A DNA stretch of 64,000 nucleotides from an uncultured Deinococcaceae bacterium (GTDB lineage: Bacteria > Deinococcota > Deinococci > Deinococcales > Deinococcaceae), in the NCBI GenBank assembly GCA_964252075.1, contig CAXULY010000017.1, forward strand, positions 18,728 to 82,727, read 5' to 3'. Below the pieces are notes generated by a model, which saw only the letters and a program-made list of their open reading frames with translations, was not told where the DNA came from and did not search any database. The position numbers and the translations under genes are program-made. Positions 1-10,275 of the stretch are shown piece after piece. Numbering within the stretch: the first letter of the stretch is position 1; each line of letters starts with the position of its first letter.

Positions 1-416
1 ACCTCGGCGTCCGGGCGGGCGGCTTTGAAGCCCAGTGCGAGGGCGCCCGTGCCGGTGCCCACATCCAGCGCGCGCACGCCGCGCCTCGTGCGGAGGGCCT
101 GCAGTGCGAGGTGCAGCAGCCACTCGGTTTCGGGGCGCGGCACCAGGGCGCCGGGGCCGACACGCAGGCGAACGCCGCCCCACTCCACCTCACCCAGCAG
201 GTGCTGGAGGGGCGCGCGCGCCTCGCGCCGCGCCGCGAGGGCCTCCACGCGCGCGCGTTCCTCGGGCGTCACCGGGCGCCCCGCACCGAGCAGCAGCCCG
301 ACGGCGTCCATCCCGAGGGCGTGTTCCAGCAGGGCGCGGGCGTCCACCTGGGGGGACGGGACGCCCGCCGCGGTCAGGCGGCGGGCGAGTTCGGTCTGGA
401 GGTCACGCAGGGTCAC
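1..416 (-). CDS. prmC: Release factor glutamine methyltransferase (PrmC/HemK); 3' end runs off the window
   Basis: Hand translation from GTG at 416: [32 protein letters not shown]...[11 protein letters not shown]...LVPRPETE...[18 protein letters not shown] and the SAM-binding DxGTGTG motif match PrmC. Not in the ORF track. Confidence 0.9.
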   Translation of the reverse strand, partial: MTLRDLQTELARRLTAAGVPSPQVDARALLEHALGMDAVGLLLGAGRPVTPEERARVEALAARREARAPLQHLLGEVEWGGVRLRVGPGALVPRPETEWLLHLALQALRTRRGVRALDVGTGTGALALGFKAARPDAE

Positions 417-428
417 GCGGGCCGCCCC

Positions 429-1010
429 TCAGCGCGGTTTGATGATGAGGCGCCGCCCTGGTCCCTCGCCCACGGATTCGGTGGTGACCAGCTCGTGTTC
501 CTTGAGGGTGATGTGGATGATGCGGCGGTCGGCGGGCGGCATGGGCTGCATCTCGTGCGCCTCGCCGTTCTTCGCGACCTGCACGGCGAGGCGCTCCGCG
601 AGGCGGATGAGGTTCTCCTGGTGGCGGCGGCGGAAGCCGCCCGCGTCCACCCGCACGCGAATTTCAGGCCGCCCTGTCTGCTTCGCGACGACGGTCGTAG
701 CGAGCAGCTCAATGGCGGCCAGCACGCGCCCGTCGCGGCCCGCGAGGCGCGAGGCGCGCTCGCCGCCGATCTCGGCCTCCACGCCCAGTTCCGCCTCACG
801 CACCGTGAGGGTGAGGTCCGGGTCCACGCGGGAGATCAGGCCGCGCAGGAAGCGTTCGGCCACCACCTCGGGCGCTTCGTCCGTCAGGGGCACGGGGGCC
901 GCCACGGGGGAAGTGCCAAGGTCAGGCACAGGTGGCGGCGCCTCGTCCCCCGCCTCGCTGATCCCCAGATCCGCGAGGTAGTCGTCGAGGTTGATCTTCT
1001 TGTCGGTCAT
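429..1010 (-). CDS. jag: Jag/EloR/KhpB-family RNA-binding protein (KH + R3H)
   Basis: [13 protein letters not shown]-like segment and [12 protein letters not shown]3H motif; lies directly downstream of yidC. Confidence 0.88.
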   Translation of the reverse strand: MTDKKINLDDYLADLGISEAGDEAPPPVPDLGTSPVAAPVPLTDEAPEVVAERFLRGLISRVDPDLTLTVREAELGVEAEIGGERASRLAGRDGRVLAAIELLATTVVAKQTGRPEIRVRVDAGGFRRRHQENLIRLAERLAVQVAKNGEAHEMQPMPPADRRIIHITLKEHELVTTESVGEGPGRRLIIKPR

Positions 1011-1112
1011 GGCCCACAGTCTAACGCCTCCGGACCTGACGGTTCACGCTGAAAAAGCGCTGTCAAGTCGGTATTGCCTTCATGAACTTTGCGGCGCACG
1101 CTGGAATGAGGG

Positions 1113-1141
1113 CGGGGGTGGGCGCAGTGCGCCCACCCCCG
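1113..1141. terminator. Perfect GC-rich hairpin downstream of yidC (terminator or processing stem)
   Basis: cgggggtgggcgca-g-tgcgcccacccccg inverted repeat just after the yidC stop. Confidence 0.55.
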
Positions 1142-1152
1142 AAGCCCCGCGC

Positions 1153-2736
1153 TTACTCCTTGAGTTTGCGAGGGGTGGCCGTCGTCGTGGTCGTCTTGGG
1201 CGGCGCCTTCTTGCTGGGCGCGGGCTCCACCGTCACGCGGCCCTTCGCGGCGTTCGCGAGGCTCAGCGCCGCCATCTGGCGGTTGATGAGCAGCTGCTGG
1301 CCCGTGCCGATCAGGGTGGACAGAATCCAGTACAGCGTCACGCCCGCCGGGAAGGTCAGCGCGAAGTACGCGAAGATCAGGTAGATGAACATCTGCTGCT
1401 TGAACATCTCGGGCGTCTTGCGCGTCATGACGTACAGGTTCAGCAGGTTCGCGCCAACGTACAGGGCCGCCAGGATGTAGAAGGGGTCGGGAATCGCGAG
1501 GTCCGGCAGCCACAGGAAACCGCTGTCGAACTCCAGGTTGCGGATGGTGGCCCACAGCACCGCCAGCACAGGAAGCGTCGCGAAGGTGGAGAGGCAGCCC
1601 GCCGGGTTGACGTTGTGCTCCTTGTACAGCCGCATGGTTTCGGCCTGCAGCTGCTGCGGGTTGTCCTTGTACTTCTCCTGCACCTTCTTCAACTCGGGCT
1701 GCAGCATCTGCATCTTGGCCTGCATGCGGCCCTGGCTGTGCATGATGGGCCACATCGCGCCGCGCACCAGCAGCGTGAACACGATGATGACCAGCGCCCA
1801 GTTGATCAGGAAGCTGTGCAGCCACAGCAGGAGCTTCACGACCAGCAGCGAGAGCTGACCGAAGATGTTCGCTTGGAAGAGACCCGGCAGGGACGTGTAG
1901 CCGCCCTGGTAGAAGTGAATGAGTTCGTTCTTGCCGCCGTACAGCTGGAAGCGCGACTCACCCGTGAGGTTCAGCGCGATGTTGCTGCTCGCGCCGCCCG
2001 TCACGGTGGCGTTCAGCGGCGTGGGCTGCTTGGGGTCCGGGCGCACGATGAGCGCGGTGGCCGTCTGCGAGTTCGTGATGAGGAAGCCCTTGATGGCGTC
2101 CTGCAGGGCCGCGTACTTGATGTTCTGCACGCTGCCGCTGTTCTGCACGTCGCCGGACTGCCCGAGCACCTTGGCGCTGGGGTTCTGGTTGGTGCCCAGC
2201 CCGTTGATGTTCACGGTGTAGCTGGGCGCGCCCTGCACGTTCACGTCCACGTCCATCGTGAAGTTGCGGGGGCGCACGATCACGGTCTTCGTGACGGTCG
2301 CGGCGCCCTGCGTGTAGCGGAAGGTGGCCTTCAGCTCGTTCGCGGCGACGTCCTTGCTCACCTCGTACGGCTGCGGCTGTGGCTTGGCGGTGTTGCCGGG
2401 AATCACGACCTGCAGCGCCTCACCGCCCAGCTTGGTGGCGTTGGTCGCCTTGTCGGTGGTGGCCTTGCGCACGAGGCTGGGCTGCCCCTTGAGCTTATCG
2501 AAGCTGTACCCGCCCTCGGTCTTCGTGATGAAGGACTGCCCGGCGGTGATCTTCGGGTGCCAGAAGATGATCTCGCCCTCGGGGTTGAAGACCACGTCGG
2601 CGAGGTTGCTGGTGGCGATCAGGTCCTTCTGACCGTCGCCGTTGAAGTCCGCCTGAAGCCAGTCGGGCGTCACGGCGGCGGAAGCGAAGCCCGCCAGCGA
2701 GAGCAGGGTGGCGATGGGGAACAGGAGTCTCTTCAT
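1153..2736 (-). CDS. yidC: Membrane protein insertase YidC
   Basis: KMQMLQPELKKVQEKYKD...LYKEHNVNPAGCL, FLWLPDLAIPDP, PAGVTLYW; rnpA-yidD-yidC synteny. Confidence 0.96.
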   Translation of the reverse strand: MKRLLFPIATLLSLAGFASAAVTPDWLQADFNGDGQKDLIATSNLADVVFNPEGEIIFWHPKITAGQSFITKTEGGYSFDKLKGQPSLVRKATTDKATNATKLGGEALQVVIPGNTAKPQPQPYEVSKDVAANELKATFRYTQGAATVTKTVIVRPRNFTMDVDVNVQGAPSYTVNINGLGTNQNPSAKVLGQSGDVQNSGSVQNIKYAALQDAIKGFLITNSQTATALIVRPDPKQPTPLNATVTGGASSNIALNLTGESRFQLYGGKNELIHFYQGGYTSLPGLFQANIFGQLSLLVVKLLLWLHSFLINWALVIIVFTLLVRGAMWPIMHSQGRMQAKMQMLQPELKKVQEKYKDNPQQLQAETMRLYKEHNVNPAGCLSTFATLPVLAVLWATIRNLEFDSGFLWLPDLAIPDPFYILAALYVGANLLNLYVMTRKTPEMFKQQMFIYLIFAYFALTFPAGVTLYWILSTLIGTGQQLLINRQMAALSLANAAKGRVTVEPAPSKKAPPKTTTTTATPRKLKE

Positions 2737-2740
2737 GCAG

Positions 2741-3040
2741 TCACTTTCTGGAGGGCGCTTGTGGCGCGCCCTGCGGGCGGTCCGGGGAATGGGGGTGCGG
2801 CGGCACGGGGTCGTACCCGCCGGGGTTCAGCGGGTGGCAGCGGCCCACGCGGCGCAGGGCCAGCCAGCCGCCCTTCAGCGCGCCGTGGCGCTCGATGGCT
2901 TCCTGGGCGTACTGCGAGCAGGTGGGCGTGAAGCGGCAGGTGGGCGCGGCCTTCATGGGGGACATCACCTGGCGGTAGTACCGCACGGCGCTCAGCATGA
3001 GGCGCGCGGCGGGCGAGGTGGTGCTGTGGACCGCGCTCAC
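2741..3040 (-). CDS. yidD: Membrane protein insertion efficiency factor YidD
   Basis: [11 protein letters not shown]...[15 protein letters not shown]. Confidence 0.95.
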   Translation of the reverse strand: MSAVHSTTSPAARLMLSAVRYYRQVMSPMKAAPTCRFTPTCSQYAQEAIERHGALKGGWLALRRVGRCHPLNPGGYDPVPPHPHSPDRPQGAPQAPSRK

Positions 3041-3501
3041 TGGCCTGCCTCGGGTGTGGGCTTGGCAGGGTGGGGCACACCGCTGCTTACGCGGCGGGCG
3101 CCCTTCGCGTTCCCGCGCTGCTTGCTGGCCTTCGGGTCAATGCGCCCGAGGGCGCCCGCGAGGGCGTCTCGTAGGTCCTCGAAGGGCGCGCCGAGCACCG
3201 CCGGGGTGGGCATCAGGACGGCGCGGCAGGCGGGCAGCGGGAGGCCCCGCAGGGCTTCCCGCACGCGGCGGCGGGCGCGGTTGCGGTCCACCGCGAGTCG
3301 CAGGGTTTTCTTGGGCACCACGATCCCTATTAAAGCCTGCGGGCGCCAGGGTTCGCCGTGACGTGGGCGGTAGTCCGTGACGCGCAGGTTGAACAGCGGG
3401 GTGCGGATGGTCTGCCCGTGCGCCCGCACACGCCGGAAGGCGGTCTCGCCCTTGAGGGAGGCGAGCCGGATGGGGCGGCGCGGGCGTGGGGCGTCAGTCA
3501 T
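3037..3501 (-). CDS. rnpA: Ribonuclease P protein component
   Basis: [16 protein letters not shown] motif; lies between rpmH and yidD. Start taken at the ATG of MTDAP; the ORF track extends it to 3519. Confidence 0.92.
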   Translation of the reverse strand: MTDAPRPRRPIRLASLKGETAFRRVRAHGQTIRTPLFNLRVTDYRPRHGEPWRPQALIGIVVPKKTLRLAVDRNRARRRVREALRGLPLPACRAVLMPTPAVLGAPFEDLRDALAGALGRIDPKASKQRGNAKGARRVSSGVPHPAKPTPEAGQ

Positions 3502-3593
3502 GTCAGTGGGGAAAACCAAAAACCGCCACCGGACGCGCAGCTCTCAGGGGCGTCGGTGGCGGGCGAAGGCGGTGGGCGCGGGAACGCCTGGCG

Positions 3594-3737
3594 TTACTCG
3601 TCGGAGACGGTCAGGCGGGCGCGGCCCTTGGCGCGGCGGCGGGCCAGCACGCGGCGACCAGAGGTGGTCTTCATGCGGATGCGGAAACCGTGGGTCTTGG
3701 CGCGCTTGCGGGTGTTGGGCTGGTAGGTACGCTTCAT
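3594..3737 (-). CDS. rpmH: 50S ribosomal protein L34
   Basis: Hand translation [47 protein letters not shown] (47 aa); AAGGAG SD upstream. Confidence 0.97.
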   Translation of the reverse strand: MKRTYQPNTRKRAKTHGFRIRMKTTSGRRVLARRRAKGRARLTVSDE

Positions 3738-3866
3738 CTCGTGGACTCCTTGCTCGCGGCGGGCACGCCCTGCGGGTGCCTCAAGCCGACTCTGCGGCAG
3801 ACTTCACCCCAAAAAGGGGCAACTGCAAGAGTGTAGCACGGGCTGGGCCCGGTGGGGAAGCGACCG

Positions 3867-4424
3867 TCAGGCGCGCGGGCGCAGCCACCGCGACGCCGCG
3901 CGCGTCACGACGGGCATCACAAGGTACGTCATGAGCGCCACCACCAGCACCGCCAGCAGCAACAGGCGCAGCGGCAGCGCGAGCGGCACGATAATTGGGC
4001 GCAGCAGCTCGTTCAGCAGCAGGTTCAGCGGGTACAGGGCGGCCAATGTGAGGAGCGCCATCTTCCAGCGCGGCGGCTGCCTCAGCACGGCGCTCTCGGG
4101 CGGCGTGAACCAGAACTCCAGGCCCGGCTGCTTCTCGATGGTGGTCTCGCCGTCCAGCAGCGGCTCCACCTGCCGCAACCACTCGGCGCGCACGCTGGAG
4201 TGCTCCCACGCCTCGGCGCTCGCGAAGTCACCGAAACGCACCACCATCAGGTACTCGCGGCCCTGCCCCTGCGGGCGAATCACGCCGAGACCCAGGTGGC
4301 CGGGGAACTGCGCCATCTCGCCCGTGAGGCCCGACAGCCAGCGCTCGTACTCGGCCTCGCGGCCCGCCCGCACGCGGCGGCGAATCACGATGGTCACGGG
4401 GTCCAGGGGAAGGGCGTCGGTCAC
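3867..4424 (-). CDS. Antibiotic-biosynthesis-monooxygenase (ABM) domain membrane protein
   Basis: VTIVIRRRVRAGREAEYERW...FPGHLG N-terminal ABM-like domain, GLEFWF, PPRWKM and two C-terminal TM helices. Confidence 0.75.
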   Translation of the reverse strand: MTDALPLDPVTIVIRRRVRAGREAEYERWLSGLTGEMAQFPGHLGLGVIRPQGQGREYLMVVRFGDFASAEAWEHSSVRAEWLRQVEPLLDGETTIEKQPGLEFWFTPPESAVLRQPPRWKMALLTLAALYPLNLLLNELLRPIIVPLALPLRLLLLAVLVVALMTYLVMPVVTRAASRWLRPRA

Positions 4425-4462
4425 GGCCCCATTGTGGCGGTCGGAGAGCGGGACGTGAGCCC

Positions 4463-5353
4463 CTACGAGACGACCTTACGGCGCGGCCACGCCACCAGCA
4501 GCACGCCCGTCAGGATCACCGCGAGGGCCGCCCAGCCCAGGCCGCTCAGGTGCTCGCCGCCCAGCCCCACGCCGAGCAGCACCGCCACCACCGGGTTCAC
4601 GTAGGCGTAACTGGTAGCGAGCGCGGGCCGCACGGTCGCCACGAGGTACATGTACGCGCTGTACGCCAGCACGCTGCCGAACACCACGAGGTACCCGAGG
4701 GCCCACAGGCTCGCGGCCGTCGGGGTCTGCCAGCGCTCGTGGAAGAGCGGGCTGAGGACCAGGAGCAGCACGCCGCCCGCCACCATCTCTGCGGCGGCGC
4801 CCATCAGGCCCCTTGGGAGGTCGAGGTGACGGCTCAGCTGACTGCCGAACGTCCAGCACAGGGGCGCCAGCACCAGCAGGAACGCCGCGAGGGGCGTGGC
4901 GTGCAGGTCCCCGACGTTCAGCAGCACGATGCCCAGCAGCCCGATCCCGATGCCCACCCACTCCCGCCCGCCCGTGCGCTCCCCCCACAACTGCGCGAAG
5001 ATGCTCGCGAACAGCGGACTTACTGCGATCACCATGGCCGCCACGCTGGAGCTCGCCTGGCGCTCCGCGACCGCCACGAGGCCCGTCCCGCCGAAGAGCA
5101 GCAGTGCCCCCACCGCGGCGCTCGACCCCCACTGCCGCGCGGTGGGTGCGGGCGCGCCGCGCAGGCGCAGCACCAAGAACATGGCGACCCCCGCGATCAG
5201 GAAGCGCAGGCCCAGCATGCCGAGCGGCGGCATGCTGCCAATCGCGACCTTGATGCCGAAGTACGTGCTGCCCCACACCACATACACGGTGATGAGGGCC
5301 AGCAGGACCAGTGGGGTGAGGACGGCCGGTGTCGGGCGGGCAGGGGCACTCAT
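4463..5353 (-). CDS. yedA: EamA/DMT-family exporter (YedA-like)
   Basis: VYVVWGSTY, ATSYAYVNPVVAVLLG; about 10 TM segments. Confidence 0.85.
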   Translation of the reverse strand: MSAPARPTPAVLTPLVLLALITVYVVWGSTYFGIKVAIGSMPPLGMLGLRFLIAGVAMFLVLRLRGAPAPTARQWGSSAAVGALLLFGGTGLVAVAERQASSSVAAMVIAVSPLFASIFAQLWGERTGGREWVGIGIGLLGIVLLNVGDLHATPLAAFLLVLAPLCWTFGSQLSRHLDLPRGLMGAAAEMVAGGVLLLVLSPLFHERWQTPTAASLWALGYLVVFGSVLAYSAYMYLVATVRPALATSYAYVNPVVAVLLGVGLGGEHLSGLGWAALAVILTGVLLVAWPRRKVVS

Positions 5354-5425
5354 GGCCTCATGGTAGGAGGCAAACTATACAATGAACAGGGCATCACCAA
5401 GGTGAATAGGCCGTTTAAGCCATGA

Positions 5426-5905
5426 ATGCTAAAGTCGAGCATGTCCCTGACCTTTGAACGTGAGCGCCTGCTGGACGAGGTGGGGTGCGCCCTGCTGACG
5501 GCGCTGCAAGAGAACGCCCGCACGCCCTTCAGTGAGCTGGGCCGCCGCGTGGGCCTCTCGGCGCCCGCCGTTGCGGAGCGGGTGCGCCGCATGGAGGACG
5601 CCGGCATCGTGCGCGGGTACCGCACCCTCCTGAACCCCGCCGCACTCGGGCTGCCGCTGCAGGCGTACATCCGCATCACCGTGCGGTACGGCCTGTACGA
5701 CGCCTTCGCGGCGCAGCTGGACGCCATGCCGGAGGTGCTCACGGCGGACCGCGTGACGGGCGAGGACTGCTACATCCTGAAAGTCGCAGTGCGCGACGTG
5801 ACGCACCTGGAAGGCGTCATCAACGCCATCAACCGGTACGGGGAGCCCGTGACGAGCATCATCTTGTCCTCGAAGGTCGCGGACCGACCCCTGCGGCCCG
5901 CCTGA
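5426..5905 (+). CDS. Lrp/AsnC family transcriptional regulator, divergent from the DMT exporter
   Basis: LQENARTPFSELGRRVGLSAPAVAERVRRME HTH; VTGEDCY. Confidence 0.92.
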   Translation: MLKSSMSLTFERERLLDEVGCALLTALQENARTPFSELGRRVGLSAPAVAERVRRMEDAGIVRGYRTLLNPAALGLPLQAYIRITVRYGLYDAFAAQLDAMPEVLTADRVTGEDCYILKVAVRDVTHLEGVINAINRYGEPVTSIILSSKVADRPLRPA

Positions 5906-5908
5906 AGC

Positions 5909-6820
5909 TCACCACTCGCCCTCCAGCGCGAGCGTGACCGTGCCCTCCAGCGCCTCGCCGGGCGCCAGCACCCGCACGCCCGTCCCGGGCACGCCGCGCG
6001 CCATCAGGTTGAAGCCGTCCGTGGCGTTCGTGACGGGCTCCAGGGCGAGCGAGCCGTCCGGGGCCGTGAACAGGATCACGTGCGAGAACACGGGGTCGGC
6101 GCGCAGGGTGAGCGCCCGCGCGCGCCAGTCGAGCCGCGCCGAGCCGTCCCACTCCGTGTAGGTGCGGTCAATGGTGGCGGTGCCGACCGCCCGCGCCGCC
6201 CTGAAGTCCAGGTCGGGCGTCACGGGCCGGGCGGCGGTCTCGGGCACCTGCCCCTCATCCACGTCGTACACGCGAGCGGCGGGCAGCGTGACGGTGGGGT
6301 CACGCCCCTTGTCGTCCCGGCGCGCGAAGTACGGGTGCAGTCCGAACCCCGCGGGCATGGCGGTGTCCGACGCATTCACGAGCCGCAGGTGCTGGTGCAG
6401 GCGCTGACCGTCCAGCTGAAAGGTGGACTGCACGGTGAACGGCCAGGGCCAGTTCAGGTCCGGCACCTCCCGCCCGTCGAAGGCCAGGGTGAGCACACCG
6501 CGCGTCTGCCCCGCCACCCGCCACGGGCGGTTGCGCACGTCACCGTGCTGCGTGCCGGTGCCGGTGGTGGGCCGCAACTGCACCTCGCGGCCCTCGAAGG
6601 TGAAGTGCGCGCCTCGGATGCGGTTGCTGAAGGGCGCCAGCACGAAACCGCCCGTCTGGCTGCTGCTCTGCACCAGCAGCGGGTGCCCCACGCGCAGCAC
6701 GGGCCGCCACGCGCCCCCCGTGCGGCCCAGCAGGTTCAGCACGCTGCCGCCCACTTCGGGCAGCACCTCCAGGTGCCAGTGTTCGCTCTCCAGGGTGAGG
6801 ACCGTCATGCGGCGCATCAT
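5909..6820 (-). CDS. Aldose 1-epimerase family protein
   Basis: PFSNRI, QHG, GLHPYF and ALEPVT motifs. Confidence 0.85.
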   Translation of the reverse strand: MMRRMTVLTLESEHWHLEVLPEVGGSVLNLLGRTGGAWRPVLRVGHPLLVQSSSQTGGFVLAPFSNRIRGAHFTFEGREVQLRPTTGTGTQHGDVRNRPWRVAGQTRGVLTLAFDGREVPDLNWPWPFTVQSTFQLDGQRLHQHLRLVNASDTAMPAGFGLHPYFARRDDKGRDPTVTLPAARVYDVDEGQVPETAARPVTPDLDFRAARAVGTATIDRTYTEWDGSARLDWRARALTLRADPVFSHVILFTAPDGSLALEPVTNATDGFNLMARGVPGTGVRVLAPGEALEGTVTLALEGEW

Positions 6821-6838
6821 GACATGCGCCGCCCGCCC

Positions 6839-7552
6839 TCACTTCCCGCGCGCGCTCATGGCCTGGTAGAGCAGGATGCTGGCCGCCACGCTGGCGTTCA
6901 GGCTCTGCACCTGCCCCTTCACGGGGATGCTGGCGAGTTCGTCGCACTTCTCGCGCACGAGGCGGCGCAACCCCTCCCCTTCCGCGCCGATCACCAGGGC
7001 GAGTTTGCGGTCGTAATCCAGCTGGCGCAGGTCGCGGCTCGCCTCGCCCGCCGCGCCGTACACCCACACGTTGTCCGCCTTCAGGGCGTCGATGAGGCGC
7101 GGGAGGTTCTTGGTCTGCGCGACGGGCAGGTAACTGGTGGCGCCCGCGGCAGTCTTGGCAACCACCGGGGACAGCGGTGGGCTGCGGCGCTCCTCGACCA
7201 CCACGCCGTGCGCGCCCAGCACCTCCGCGCTGCGGATGATCGCGCCGAAGTTGCGGGGGTCGGTGATGCCGTCCAGCAGGACCATGAGGAGCTGCTCGCC
7301 GCGCGACTCGGCGCGGTCGAGGATGTCGTCCACGGTCGCCCAGGCGAGGTCCTCGACGTCCGCGACGACGCCCTGGTGCTGGGTGGTACCGGCGATCTGG
7401 TCGAGTTCGATGCGCGGCGCGAAGCGCAGGCGCACGTCGAAGGTCTTGAGCTGCGCGATGAAGCTCTCCTCCACCCCGCGCGCGACCAGCACCTCGCTGG
7501 CCCGCCCGTCGCGCAGGGCTTCAAGGACAGGGTTGCGGCCGTACAGAAGCAT
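6839..7552 (-). CDS. rlmB: 23S rRNA Gm2251 2'-O-methyltransferase RlmB (SpoU/TrmH)
   Basis: YGRNPV, HQGV, DPRNFGAIIRSA, IGAEGEG, SLNASVA. Confidence 0.93.
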   Translation of the reverse strand: MLLYGRNPVLEALRDGRASEVLVARGVEESFIAQLKTFDVRLRFAPRIELDQIAGTTQHQGVVADVEDLAWATVDDILDRAESRGEQLLMVLLDGITDPRNFGAIIRSAEVLGAHGVVVEERRSPPLSPVVAKTAAGATSYLPVAQTKNLPRLIDALKADNVWVYGAAGEASRDLRQLDYDRKLALVIGAEGEGLRRLVREKCDELASIPVKGQVQSLNASVAASILLYQAMSARGK

Positions 7553-7645
7553 TCGTGCAGTCTAGCCCAGGCGCCGGGCCCTGCCGGTTCCCTCCGCCAT
7601 TCGGCGCATGTGGGTGGACGCGCCCCCTGTTAACCTGCCGCTTCC

Positions 7646-8449
7646 ATGCGTGACGAGGCGCGGCTCTTCCTGGCGGTGGCGCGGCGGTCCTTCCGGCGGC
7701 AGCTGCAGTACCGCGCGGCGGCCCTCGCGGGCCTCGTCACGAACGTGTTCTTCGGGGTGCTGCGCATCGCGGTGCTGGTCGCGCTGTTCGGGGGGCGCAG
7801 CGGCGTGGCGGGGTACTCGCTGGCGGACGCGGTGAGTTACACGGGCATCACGCAGGCGCTCATCACGCTGCTGAGCCTGTTCGGGTGGTTCGACCTGATG
7901 CGGACCGTCTCGACGGGCGAGGTGGCGAGCGACCTGCTGCGCCCCATGAGCCTCTTCCGGTTCTGGCTGGCGCAGGACGCGGGGCGCGCGGCGGCGCAGT
8001 TCCTGCTGCGCGGCCTGAGCATCCTGGTGCTGTACGCGCTGCTGTTCGGCCTGCAACTCCCGCGGGGGGTGGTGGGCTGGGCCTTGACGCTGCTCAGCCT
8101 GTTCCTGGCGTGGTACCTGAGTTTCGCGTTCCGGTTCCTGGTGAACCTCGCGGCGTTCTGGTCGCCGGACGCGGTAGGCATCGGTCGCTTCGCGTTCACG
8201 ATGCTGATGTTCGCGTCGGGCTTCCTGATGCCGCTGCGCTTTTTTCCAGAGTGGGTGCAGACCGCGTGCGCCTTCACGCCCTTTCCGTCCATGCTGAACA
8301 GCGTGGTGGAGGTGTGGCTGGGCGTCACGTCGGGCGCGGCGGCCCTGGGGTTGATCGGGGTACAGCTGGGGTGGTCGGTGGCGCTCACGGCGCTGAGCGC
8401 GGGCGTGCTGGCGCTCGGCACGCGGCGGCTGGTGGTGCAGGGTGGGTGA
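7646..8449 (+). CDS. ABC-2 type exporter permease
   Basis: Hydrophobic protein ending RRLVVQGG; first gene of a permease-permease-ATPase trio. Confidence 0.85.
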   Translation: MRDEARLFLAVARRSFRRQLQYRAAALAGLVTNVFFGVLRIAVLVALFGGRSGVAGYSLADAVSYTGITQALITLLSLFGWFDLMRTVSTGEVASDLLRPMSLFRFWLAQDAGRAAAQFLLRGLSILVLYALLFGLQLPRGVVGWALTLLSLFLAWYLSFAFRFLVNLAAFWSPDAVGIGRFAFTMLMFASGFLMPLRFFPEWVQTACAFTPFPSMLNSVVEVWLGVTSGAAALGLIGVQLGWSVALTALSAGVLALGTRRLVVQGG

Positions 8450-9263
8450 GTCGCTGCGCCACCACCTGCGGCTGTACCTGCGGCTGCTGGGCGCGCAGGC
8501 GCGCTCGCAGTTCACCTACCCCCTCTCCTTCGCGCTGGACGCGCTCGCGGCGCTGCTTCTGACCCTCACGGAATTCGCGGCCTTCGCGCTGGTCCTGCCG
8601 CGCTTCCAGAGCCTGGGCGGCTGGACGCTGGGGGAGGTGGCGCTGCTGTACGGCCTCGCGGAACTCGCCTTCGTGGTGATGGACCTGCTGTTCGGCGGCT
8701 TCGACGCGCCGAACCTCTCCGGGCACATCCGCACGGGGAGCTTCGACCGCTTCCTGCTGCGGCCCGCGCCGCTCACCCTGCAAGTGTTCGGCTCGGACTT
8801 CGCCCTGCGGCGCGTGACGCGCGTGCTGCTCGGCGCGGTCATCCTGGGCGTCGGCATGGTCCTGTGCGGCGTGGACTGGACCCTCGCGCGGGTGCTGCTG
8901 CTCGCCCTGAGCGGCCTGGGCATCTTCCTGTTCTTCGGGGGGCTGTTCGTGATCGGCGGGACCCTCACCTTCTGGACGGTGGAGGGCCTGGAGGTCATGA
9001 ACGTCGTGACGTACGGCGGGCGCTCGCTCATCAGTTACCCCATGAGCATCTACGCGGAGTGGCTGCGGAGGCTCTTCACCTTCGTGCTGCCTGCCGCCTT
9101 CCTGACGTACTTCCCGGCGCTCGCCCTCCTGGGGCGGCCCTTCCCCGAGCCGTTCGGACCGTGGGCGGCGTGGTGCGCGCCACTTGCGGGCGCGCTGGTG
9201 CTGGGGGTGGCGTTCGCGTTCTGGCGCGTGGGCCTGCGGCACTACCAGGGCACGGGCAGCTGA
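8442..9263 (+). CDS. ABC-2 type exporter permease
   Basis: GSFDRFLLRP, YPMSIY, C-terminal HYQGTGS. Confidence 0.85.
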   Translation: MGESLRHHLRLYLRLLGAQARSQFTYPLSFALDALAALLLTLTEFAAFALVLPRFQSLGGWTLGEVALLYGLAELAFVVMDLLFGGFDAPNLSGHIRTGSFDRFLLRPAPLTLQVFGSDFALRRVTRVLLGAVILGVGMVLCGVDWTLARVLLLALSGLGIFLFFGGLFVIGGTLTFWTVEGLEVMNVVTYGGRSLISYPMSIYAEWLRRLFTFVLPAAFLTYFPALALLGRPFPEPFGPWAAWCAPLAGALVLGVAFAFWRVGLRHYQGTGS

Positions 9264-9282
9264 GCCCCCAAGAAAGGACTCC

Positions 9283-10239
9283 ATGATTCAGGCGGACCAG
9301 CTCTCCAAGACCTTCAGCGTGCGCGCCGGGCGCGGCCTGCTCGCGCCGCGCCGCGCCTTCACGGCGGTGGACGCCGTGAGTTTCAGTGTGGCGGCGGGCG
9401 AGGTGGTGGGGTACCTCGGGCCGAACGGCGCGGGCAAGAGCACCACCATCAAGATGCTCACGGGCCTGCTGGTGCCCACGGGCGGCAGCCTGACCGTGCA
9501 GGGCGTGACGCCGTGGCGTGAGCGTCAGCGGTACGTGGCGCGCATTGGGGCGGTGTTCGGTCAGCGCACGACCCTCTGGTGGGACCTCCCCGTGATCGAG
9601 TCGCTTGAGCTCCTGCGTCACGTGTACCGCGTGCCGCTAGGCCGCTTCCGGGAGAACCTGCGGGCCTTCACGGACTTGCTGGACCTCGGGCCCTTCCTGA
9701 ACACGCCCGTGCGCTCCCTGTCGCTCGGGCAGCGCATGAGGGCGGACCTCGCGGCGGCGCTCCTGCACGACCCCAGCCTGCTGTTCCTTGACGAGCCCAC
9801 CATCGGACTGGACGTGGTCGCGAAGGAACGCATCCGCAGCTTCATTCAGACCGTGAACGCCGAGCGGGGCGTGACGGTGCTGCTCACCACGCACGACCTC
9901 GCGGATGTGGCGCGCCTCGCGCGGCGCGTGATGATCATCGACCACGGGCGCCTCCTGTACGACGGCGCGCTGGACACCCTGCAGGACCGCTTCGGCGGCG
10001 AGCGGCAGCTGGTCGTGGATTTTGAGGAGCCGGGCGCCGCGCCATCCGTGGAGGGCGCGCGGCTGGTCGCGCAGGAGGGCCAGCGCGCCACCTACGCCTT
10101 CGCGCGCGGTGCGCTGAGCGCCAGCGCCCTGATCGCGCGCGTGAGCGCCCGGCGCGCGGTGCGGGACCTGAGCGTGCAGGAGCCGGACATCGAGGCGACC
10201 ATCCGCAGCATCTACGAGGGCGGCCTGCTCAGAACGTGA
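9283..10239 (+). CDS. ABC transporter ATP-binding protein
   Basis: Walker A GPNGAGKST, signature LSLGQ, Walker B LFLDEPT; ATG at 9283 follows AAGGA SD. Confidence 0.93.
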   Translation: MIQADQLSKTFSVRAGRGLLAPRRAFTAVDAVSFSVAAGEVVGYLGPNGAGKSTTIKMLTGLLVPTGGSLTVQGVTPWRERQRYVARIGAVFGQRTTLWWDLPVIESLELLRHVYRVPLGRFRENLRAFTDLLDLGPFLNTPVRSLSLGQRMRADLAAALLHDPSLLFLDEPTIGLDVVAKERIRSFIQTVNAERGVTVLLTTHDLADVARLARRVMIIDHGRLLYDGALDTLQDRFGGERQLVVDFEEPGAAPSVEGARLVAQEGQRATYAFARGALSASALIARVSARRAVRDLSVQEPDIEATIRSIYEGGLLRT

Positions 10240-10275
10240 GGTGAGGCACCAAAGGAAGGCCGCGTCCGGTGCCCA

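Noticed and set aside
991..2931. Long antisense or alternate-frame ORFs (e.g. 991..2931+, 21033..23624-, 40094..42268+, 46145..48124-, 37014..39011-)
   Set aside because: Shadow ORFs expected in high-GC DNA. They overlap well-supported genes and show no family motifs.
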